From positions 64,001-128,000 of IMG/VR virus record IMGVR_UViG_3300032236_001503: DNA of 64,000 nt, one strand, 5' to 3'. The DNA comes from a virus. A model generated the notes under the pieces. That model saw only the letters and a list, made by a program, of their open reading frames with translations. It did not search any database and was not told the origin of the DNA. This document shows, piece by piece, positions 58,091 to 64,000 of the stretch. The position numbers and the translations under genes were made by a program. Position 1 is the first letter of the stretch; each line of letters starts with the position of its first letter.

Positions 58091-58876
58091 TTATAATTTT
58101 GTTGAACACTCTTTAATAATATTCTTACAGGTATTAATATAATCGGATTCCATTTCGATTATATTAATATTATCTTCAAATAGAATAAATGGTGAGTGAG
58201 TTGAAATAATGATTTGAAATTTGTCTTGAAAACTCTTAAGAAGTCTAAACAATTCAATTTGCTTTGGAATTGAAAGTGACTTCTCTGGTTCATCAAGAAG
58301 AATAGTAACTTTACCATTACGAGGAAGAGAACGAATGTATTGAACTTCCATTTGTTCAAATCTGTTACCGGGATTTGGCGTAGTTAAAGTAAAATCAGGT
58401 GGATTCATTGCGATGTTAAAAATCTTATTTAACTTTTGCATACGAGTCTGACCAGAAGACGGTCTTCTTGCCATATAATCCATCTGCTCTGCTGGTGAAG
58501 TCAATCCTTCTTGAGCTAGGATATCTTTATTGTAAAACCATGCCATATCATCAATACGAAGATCACTATCATTATAAAAGGTAGGAGTTCCATCCCATTC
58601 AACAATGGTATCACATTCTTTAGTCGGGGTTAATGCACGATAAACCATCGGGAAGTTTTTAACTCCACCAACACCTAATGACATGTAGTTACTGATCTTA
58701 CTCCAGCCACCATGTTCAATTGCACAATAAGCTTTGATACATTTCATGAGTGTGGATTTACCACAACCATTACTACCAAATAATACGTTAAATCCATCAT
58801 TAAATTGGAATACTCTGTCCTTTAGACAAACCAATTCTGATGCGAACCCTTTTAATACTTTTACTCTATTAATCAT
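58091..58876 (-). CDS. Stand-alone ABC-type ATPase
   Basis: GSNGCGKST, SSGQ signature, ILLDEPE.SL, IISTHS. Confidence 0.85.
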   Translation of the reverse strand: MINRVKVLKGFASELVCLKDRVFQFNDGFNVLFGSNGCGKSTLMKCIKAYCAIEHGGWSKISNYMSLGVGGVKNFPMVYRALTPTKECDTIVEWDGTPTFYNDSDLRIDDMAWFYNKDILAQEGLTSPAEQMDYMARRPSSGQTRMQKLNKIFNIAMNPPDFTLTTPNPGNRFEQMEVQYIRSLPRNGKVTILLDEPEKSLSIPKQIELFRLLKSFQDKFQIIISTHSPFILFEDNINIIEMESDYINTCKNIIKECSTKL

Positions 58877-59445
58877 GACTTTTTATTTATATTAACTTGT
58901 GAATTAATCAATTTCAATTCTTCAACTTGCTTTTCAAGTTTTACAACTCTTAAAGCTAAATCCGAAGTTGCTTGCTCCCAAGTGGTATCTACACTATATC
59001 CACCCCAATGTATAGGATATATTGGATGTTTTTGTAATCTTACATCACCACAATCCTTTGGTGGAAAAATCTTTAATGAGTTATTTTCATTTTTAACATC
59101 TTGCAGATCCTTTTTTAGTTTATCAATTGTTTCCTTTGCTCCATCGATTATCTTATGAAGAGCCTTGATTTGAAGCTCTAGCTTTTGATTTAATTCACCA
59201 ACTGGTTCACATGCATAACAAGAGCCTTGATAACCATCTCTATATTTTGCAAGCATTTCCATTAGATCAACATTCTCTTGCTTAAGATGTCTGAGATCTT
59301 TAATCTCTTTCATAAGCTCGTCAATAATTTCTTGTTGTTCCTGTAGATAACCAACTGGTTCCCAATCTGTAGTAGGAAACGGAGATAATCCATTATCTTC
59401 TAAAATTTCATCAACACTTTTTTTTGGGGGAAATAAATTGAACAT
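58873..59445 (-). CDS. Coiled-coil hypothetical protein
   Basis: 190 aa, contains CYACE; promoter upstream. Confidence 0.65.
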   Translation of the reverse strand: MFNLFPPKKSVDEILEDNGLSPFPTTDWEPVGYLQEQQEIIDELMKEIKDLRHLKQENVDLMEMLAKYRDGYQGSCYACEPVGELNQKLELQIKALHKIIDGAKETIDKLKKDLQDVKNENNSLKIFPPKDCGDVRLQKHPIYPIHWGGYSVDTTWEQATSDLALRVVKLEKQVEELKLINSQVNINKKS

Positions 59446-59451
59446 AACACT

Positions 59452-59486
59452 ATGATAGATGAAATTATATGGATGTCAAATAAATA
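59452..59486. promoter_or_regulatory. Divergent promoters (sigma70-like on -, late-type on +)
   Basis: Minus strand: TTGACA-N16-TATCAT, 6 nt before ATG 59445. Plus strand: TAAATA at 59481-59486, 5 nt before ATG 59492. Confidence 0.65.
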
Positions 59487-59491
59487 ATTCT

Positions 59492-59650
59492 ATGCAACAG
59501 AGAATTGGTAAAACTGGAAAAAAACATGACACAATCGAACATTGGTTAGGGCATCACAATCGAAAGTTTGAAATGCTTAGAACAATCACTAGTCTCATTA
59601 GTGCCGTTGCTTCTACAATCGTATTATTAAAACTTTTTAATGTTATATAA
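59492..59650 (+). CDS. Small protein with a C-terminal TM helix
   Basis: 52 aa, basic N-terminus, hydrophobic tail, late promoter. Confidence 0.55.
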   Translation: MQQRIGKTGKKHDTIEHWLGHHNRKFEMLRTITSLISAVASTIVLLKLFNVI

Positions 59651-59652
59651 TA

Positions 59653-60144
59653 TTAACGATAAAAAAGATACATTTTTTTATCATTTTCATATATAAATGT
59701 AAAGTATTTATAATTTATGGTATGAGCCAAAGTTGATACCATTTTATCATAGAGCTTAACTCTGGATGGTTCAATAGCCATAATTCTGGCAAATTTTGGA
59801 TTAAATTTATCAGCAAAATCTTTTAATCTAGCAAAAACATTACTAAAAACTTCTACTGATTCACCAGAACCTGTTACACCATAAGATGCTTCATTACCTT
59901 TTTCTTCAAATACGATATTCCATACCAATTCATTTGGATGATTTAATACCATATCGTTTAAATCATCTGGTGGAACCGATCCATCATTAACAATAAACAT
60001 AAATTTTTTTATATTCGTGGGATCTGATTCTATGTAAACTCTGTATTCTTTATTATTTTTTGTTATAAAATCCGAAAAGAATTCACCAGCACGAGAACCT
60101 TCTTGCCAGTTTATATCCACATCTATGTTAGTAATATCAAACAT
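59653..60144 (-). CDS. Hypothetical phage protein
   Basis: TG.G....VF..V.....F.....P.......SR.KLY motif. Confidence 0.65.
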   Translation of the reverse strand: MFDITNIDVDINWQEGSRAGEFFSDFITKNNKEYRVYIESDPTNIKKFMFIVNDGSVPPDDLNDMVLNHPNELVWNIVFEEKGNEASYGVTGSGESVEVFSNVFARLKDFADKFNPKFARIMAIEPSRVKLYDKMVSTLAHTINYKYFTFIYENDKKMYLFYR

Positions 60145-60165
60145 TAATATAATTAGTTATTTGAT

Positions 60166-60525
60166 TTATATTTCAAGAACTCTATTTTTAATTTCTCCAA
60201 GCTGTTTTTTATCATACCTTGCGTGTCTATCACAAGCATATTGAATATCATCATCAGGCATTTCCAGATAAAAATTAATCTCTTCGATTATGGTTTCCTT
60301 TAAAAGGCGAATCATTTCTAATTCTGCTTCTTCGTATGTGTTCCATATGGTATCTTCATATCTGTGGTTTATATAACCTTTATGCTCGACAATATATTCG
60401 ATTGAATCACCATAAAAATAATGAGAATAGATATAAAAATGACAATCTCTATCTTTATGATATTCACTCGTAATAAGGTTATACCATATTGTATTAAGCG
60501 TTATTATTTTTTGATTATTTGTCAT
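60166..60525 (-). CDS. Hypothetical protein
   Basis: Start at ATG 60525; contains HKDRDCH. Confidence 0.6.
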   Translation of the reverse strand: MTNNQKIITLNTIWYNLITSEYHKDRDCHFYIYSHYFYGDSIEYIVEHKGYINHRYEDTIWNTYEEAELEMIRLLKETIIEEINFYLEMPDDDIQYACDRHARYDKKQLGEIKNRVLEI

Positions 60526-61096
60526 ATATTTTAGTTCCTTCTTCGTAATCTTTAAATAAATGTCCATTTTTATCTTTGTCGGAAAGAATAGGTACTCTAT
60601 CACCAATACCAAATTGCCCTAATTGCCAATCAATTTTTAAATCGGGATCATTCCACATAAGCGTTCTTTCATATTCAGGATACCTATAATCAGATACAAG
60701 ATAATTAAATCCACCTTCAATTGATTTTACCATAAACCCATGAGCGCATCCTGCTGGTATATAGAGAAGGGTTCCTCTATTTAAAACATCAAACTTATAA
60801 GAATCCCACATACCAAATGTAGGCGAATTTTTTCTTAAATCAACAAACACATCAAGTATGATACCACTATTAACCCACACTAATTTGGCTTGTGGGTGTT
60901 CAATTTGATAATGCAATCCTCTTAAAACATTCTCATTTGATTTACTTTTATTCATTTGAACGAAGTCATGATGAATACCCAATAACTCACTAAAATCATT
61001 GGAATTCCACATTTCGGAAAATGATCCTCTATCATCTTCAAAGACTTTAGGTTCAATAATCCAAGCCCCTTCTATTTTTGTTTTTGTAAATTTCAC
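60515..61096 (-). CDS. rfbC: dTDP-4-dehydrorhamnose 3,5-epimerase
   Basis: F.D.RG.F.E, VLRGLHYQ, Q.KLV, VDLR..SPTFG.W, IP.G.AHGF, WNDP.L.I.W, LS.KD. Confidence 0.95.
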   Translation of the reverse strand: MKFTKTKIEGAWIIEPKVFEDDRGSFSEMWNSNDFSELLGIHHDFVQMNKSKSNENVLRGLHYQIEHPQAKLVWVNSGIILDVFVDLRKNSPTFGMWDSYKFDVLNRGTLLYIPAGCAHGFMVKSIEGGFNYLVSDYRYPEYERTLMWNDPDLKIDWQLGQFGIGDRVPILSDKDKNGHLFKDYEEGTKIYDK

Positions 61097-61572
61097 CTCT
61101 TTATAAGTTCTGGTGAATATTGTGGAATCAAAGATGGTGGTTCCGGTTGACCTTTAAGACCTTCTTGATGCGCTGTCCTCCTTCTCAAATCACTGGAAGA
61201 AAAATCATGTTTACGAGTATGATAATAAATTTCAATTCCGTGATCAATACAGTATTGCTTACCAGTAAAATCACGATCCTTATATTCCTCAGAAAGAAAA
61301 CGAATATGCATCGTTTGAGTCATAATCATTTGAAGAAGATCATACTCAGTTGAATACACTAAAATCTCATCCACATATTTGCAACCTTGAAGTTGAACAT
61401 ATCTCTCATAGATAGATTGAATTGGTTTGTTTTTAATACCGGGTCTATCAATAGTAGGATCAACTTGAAGAGCAACCTTCAAGTAATCACACATTTCCTT
61501 TTCTTGTTTAAGCATCGTGACATGACCTGCGTGAAGTAAATCAAATGACGAGCAGTTGAATCCTATTTTCAT
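61093..61572 (-). CDS. tagD: Glycerol-3-phosphate cytidylyltransferase-like protein
   Basis: FDLLHAGH, KNKPIQS..ER, YVDEI, R.H.FSSS.LR. Confidence 0.85.
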   Translation of the reverse strand: MKIGFNCSSFDLLHAGHVTMLKQEKEMCDYLKVALQVDPTIDRPGIKNKPIQSIYERYVQLQGCKYVDEILVYSTEYDLLQMIMTQTMHIRFLSEEYKDRDFTGKQYCIDHGIEIYYHTRKHDFSSSDLRRRTAHQEGLKGQPEPPSLIPQYSPELIKR

Positions 61573-61573
61573 A

Positions 61574-62026
61574 TTAATATCCCATATTAAGCTCTTGCGC
61601 TTGCTTTGTCAATTCATCTAAAACATTTGCACGAGAATCTTTAATGCATGGTGTAATTTCACTTTGAACTATTTCTGGAAATTCACGACCAAGCATTGGT
61701 ATTATAACTTTTGGTATAGATGTGTGATCCGCAATTATATCTTGAAGAACTTGAATAGCAGCATCTTTTTGTTTACATGATAGTTCAAGTTCTTTGATCT
61801 CTTCTTCCAATAATGAAATTTTTTTATTTGCTTTTTGTAGTTTCAAATCGGATTCAAGACCATCAAGATAAAAATTATTTTTCTTTTGAATTTCAATACA
61901 ACATCTTGTTTGCGCATCATACATATTCTCTTCCCACCCACAGAGATATTGCATCTTACCAGATAATGTAACCAATTCTTGTTCAGAACCGCAGTGTGGA
62001 CACTGTGAATGAGTTTTATTTTCCAT
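61574..62026 (-). CDS. Hypothetical protein (Zn finger plus coiled coil)
   Basis: CPHCG...YLCG. Confidence 0.6.
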   Translation of the reverse strand: MENKTHSQCPHCGSEQELVTLSGKMQYLCGWEENMYDAQTRCCIEIQKKNNFYLDGLESDLKLQKANKKISLLEEEIKELELSCKQKDAAIQVLQDIIADHTSIPKVIIPMLGREFPEIVQSEITPCIKDSRANVLDELTKQAQELNMGY

Positions 62027-62606
62027 AGTTTTCAAGACCAAAGACTTCTAATTCAATAGCCCCAAGCTCCATAGGAGTATAGTTGATATGCTCACAAGAA
62101 ACACAGAAGTATCTTGGATCAATTTCTTGTTTGTATATTATTTCTCCACATGAATCATCTGAGTTTGGATATGCTACAGAATGATATACTTTCTTATCAT
62201 GAATATGACCATGAACGTTTATCTTATGAGCATTACCAAAAGTACTAGGATGCACAGGGATATGGCTCATGATAATACCATTATCCAAGCGATGAGTTCC
62301 ACGAATATCTTTGAAATACTTCGCATACTCTTTCATCTCGTAAATGTCATGATTTCCTTTGATAAGGATTTTTTTACCATTGAGTTTACCAAAGTTAGCA
62401 ATGTCTTTCTTTTTCTGAGCCACATCACCAAGAATATATACTTTGTCACTTGGATGAGTGACTACTTTATTCCAATTCTCAATCAAAGCAGCATCATGCT
62501 CTTCTACACTCTTAAACGGGCGTATAGGATGTCCATCCTCTTTAATGAGGCTGCACATATCAGAATCCCCGAAATGGAGATCAGCTATGAGGAATACATT
62601 TTTCAT
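62016..62606 (-). CDS. Calcineurin-like metallophosphoesterase
   Basis: ADLHFG, LGD, GNHD, SH.P, HGHIH. Confidence 0.9.
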   Translation of the reverse strand: MKNVFLIADLHFGDSDMCSLIKEDGHPIRPFKSVEEHDAALIENWNKVVTHPSDKVYILGDVAQKKKDIANFGKLNGKKILIKGNHDIYEMKEYAKYFKDIRGTHRLDNGIIMSHIPVHPSTFGNAHKINVHGHIHDKKVYHSVAYPNSDDSCGEIIYKQEIDPRYFCVSCEHINYTPMELGAIELEVFGLENYGK

Positions 62607-62839
62607 TCAAGCATCTTAACAGCATCTCTATATGCTGTCAATGCTTTTATAATAGAATCAAGCTCATCGTTTTCAAAAGTCATGAATCTTTTTGGAGAAC
62701 GATCAGCATCTAAATGACTAGAACATATATCAGTTGTAAACATCTCAGTCCACTCGTAGTTATCTGGTGATTGCCTGAATGTTACAAAAAAATCTTCCAG
62801 TTTTACATTTACTTGTACGCTTGTATTTTCGTTTTTCAT
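62603..62839 (-). CDS. Hypothetical protein
   Basis: ATGA-coupled ORF. Confidence 0.6.
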   Translation of the reverse strand: MKNENTSVQVNVKLEDFFVTFRQSPDNYEWTEMFTTDICSSHLDADRSPKRFMTFENDELDSIIKALTAYRDAVKMLE

Positions 62840-63126
62840 ATATTCCAAGTTTCTCTATATCCAGAATGACCACAATCATCACATGAGCTTTCATCAAACT
62901 TTGTATCATCGGATTGAAAACATTCTACTAAATCTTTAAACGAGCAAGTACCATTCTTGATTCCTTCTTTAAGTTTTACAAGAAGATAATCCAGAAGTTC
63001 ATCATCTTCTTCGGGTTGCTTAACACCTTCTTCTACTTCTCCGCTTCTCCATACATCATTAATAGAGAATCCCCAGTTATAACAGGACATCTCATCATAT
63101 ACAATTTTATATTTTGGTTCATTCAT
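62836..63126 (-). CDS. Hypothetical acidic protein
   Basis: ATGA-coupled ORF with C-terminal CDDCG. Confidence 0.6.
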   Translation of the reverse strand: MNEPKYKIVYDEMSCYNWGFSINDVWRSGEVEEGVKQPEEDDELLDYLLVKLKEGIKNGTCSFKDLVECFQSDDTKFDESSCDDCGHSGYRETWNI

Positions 63127-63332
63127 TTGTTTTTTTCTTTCTTTTTCTTTTCTATTAATTCTTTAAAGGATGAAACATTATTTTCATAATACAATTCTTC
63201 TAATCCTTGCTTGACACCTTGGATAAATCCACTCACTAACCAAGAAGCAAAGGTTAATATGAAAACAATTATTCCCAATGCCAATGTGCCAAGAATAATT
63301 GCAGCTGATATTTTTATAATTTCTAGTGACAT
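63123..63332 (-). CDS. Small membrane protein
   Basis: N-terminal TM helix; start at ATG 63332. Confidence 0.6.
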   Translation of the reverse strand: MSLEIIKISAAIILGTLALGIIVFILTFASWLVSGFIQGVKQGLEELYYENNVSSFKELIEKKKKEKNK

Positions 63333-63336
63333 GTTA

Positions 63337-63471
63337 TTAATAAAGATAATCAATTAATGCAGATATGATAAACCAAATTCCAAATATAAAACACCCAACA
63401 ATTAAAATAGATAGAAATAAAGATAAAAGGGTTACTAAAGTAATTCTAATAAATTGAAATAAAGTTATCAT
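63337..63471 (-). CDS. 44-aa hydrophobic membrane peptide (not in the ORF track)
   Basis: Translated by hand: MITLFQFIRITLVTLLSLFLSILIVGCFIFGIWFIISALIDYLY*; ATGA overlap with the upstream stop. Confidence 0.6.
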   Translation of the reverse strand: MITLFQFIRITLVTLLSLFLSILIVGCFIFGIWFIISALIDYLY

Positions 63472-64000
63472 AGATCTTTATAAATGCTATCATATGCACC
63501 AATACTATTCAAAGCTTTTTTTCTTCTTTTTTCTTGTGCGACTAAATAAAAGTTCGCAAGCCCCGTATCAATAGCTGCACAACTTCCATCTTCATCAATC
63601 TCAAGAACTTGGGTTAATCCACAATCGATATTGGCATTAATACCACCATTCTCATACCATATAGTAACTTTATTCATCGTTGGAGTATGTCCAAAAACTT
63701 GTTTTAATCCTCTTGTAACATGACCCTCTCTAAAATCATCACACCAGAGGATACCACCAACACTCCGCATACCACCACGACAACGACCAACCGCACCAAT
63801 AGTTTCATTCCAAGTACGATTCAAATAATCATCAGTAGCCTTTGCAAGCTTGTCTAGAATAACTTCGTTACTCATACCTTTGATTGGATGCTCAAACCAA
63901 TGAGGATGAATACCAGCGTGAGTAAACCAAAAACCATTACCATAATGAGCAAATTTGATTTTATCCCAATCCTTTGCTTCCATGACACGATTAATGGCAT
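63468..64000 (-). CDS. Metallophosphoesterase, 5'-truncated by the window edge
   Basis: THAG, GILWCD, QVFGHTP, IDCG; frame stays open to 64000. Confidence 0.75.
   Translation of the reverse strand, partial: AINRVMEAKDWDKIKFAHYGNGFWFTHAGIHPHWFEHPIKGMSNEVILDKLAKATDDYLNRTWNETIGAVGRCRGGMRSVGGILWCDDFREGHVTRGLKQVFGHTPTMNKVTIWYENGGINANIDCGLTQVLEIDEDGSCAAIDTGLANFYLVAQEKRRKKALNSIGAYDSIYKDL

Noticed and set aside
1-64000. Stop-codon reassignment, as seen in some large phages
   Set aside because: Long core genes (pol, gp46, TerL, sheath, NrdA) are intact under the standard code, and TAA, TAG and TGA all end genes at sensible positions
1-64000. tRNA genes, CRISPR array, rRNA, IS elements
   Set aside because: Intergenic gaps are short (under ~100 bp) and explained by promoters or terminators; no cloverleaf, repeat-spacer array or transposase seen

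Overview
This is 64 kb of an AT-rich, gene-dense genome from a large T4-like (myovirus) phage that is only distantly related to T4. From left to right it contains: (1) a tightly packed 10-gene glycan island at 10-7816 (GT25 x2, FkbM x2, GT77-, GT47-, GT34-, GT10- and GT4-like genes, and an SDR epimerase); (2) a replication/recombination block at 7852-21393 (gp46, a GT-B glycosyltransferase, PolB gp43, ThyX, UvsX, gp41 helicase, gp32 SSB, gp45 clamp); (3) a mostly minus-strand tail/baseplate block at 21386-41809 (split gp5 spike, hub, gp3, TerL, gp53, gp48, tape measure, two gp26 paralogues, gp54, tube, sheath); (4) PhoH, neck gp14 and candidate internal head proteins; (5) NrdB/NrdA, an HNH nuclease and dCMP deaminase; (6) a minus-strand accessory region (DNA MTase, CysC, ABC ATPase, RmlC, TagD, phosphoesterases). 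I saw no tRNA, rRNA, CRISPR array or transposase. The signals the ORF list does not explain are: an apparently complete purge of CCWGG (17/17 Pro-Gly dipeptides use CCS-GG codons); two promoter classes that mostly sit 5-8 nt from the start codon, implying leaderless mRNAs; the glycan island combined with charge-poor, N/S/T/Q-rich virion proteins; a lysozyme-like domain inserted inside the gp5 OB fold; and a tiny secreted protein that resembles the C-terminus of a TonB-dependent receptor. All protein calls come from motif recognition by eye; no searches were run.
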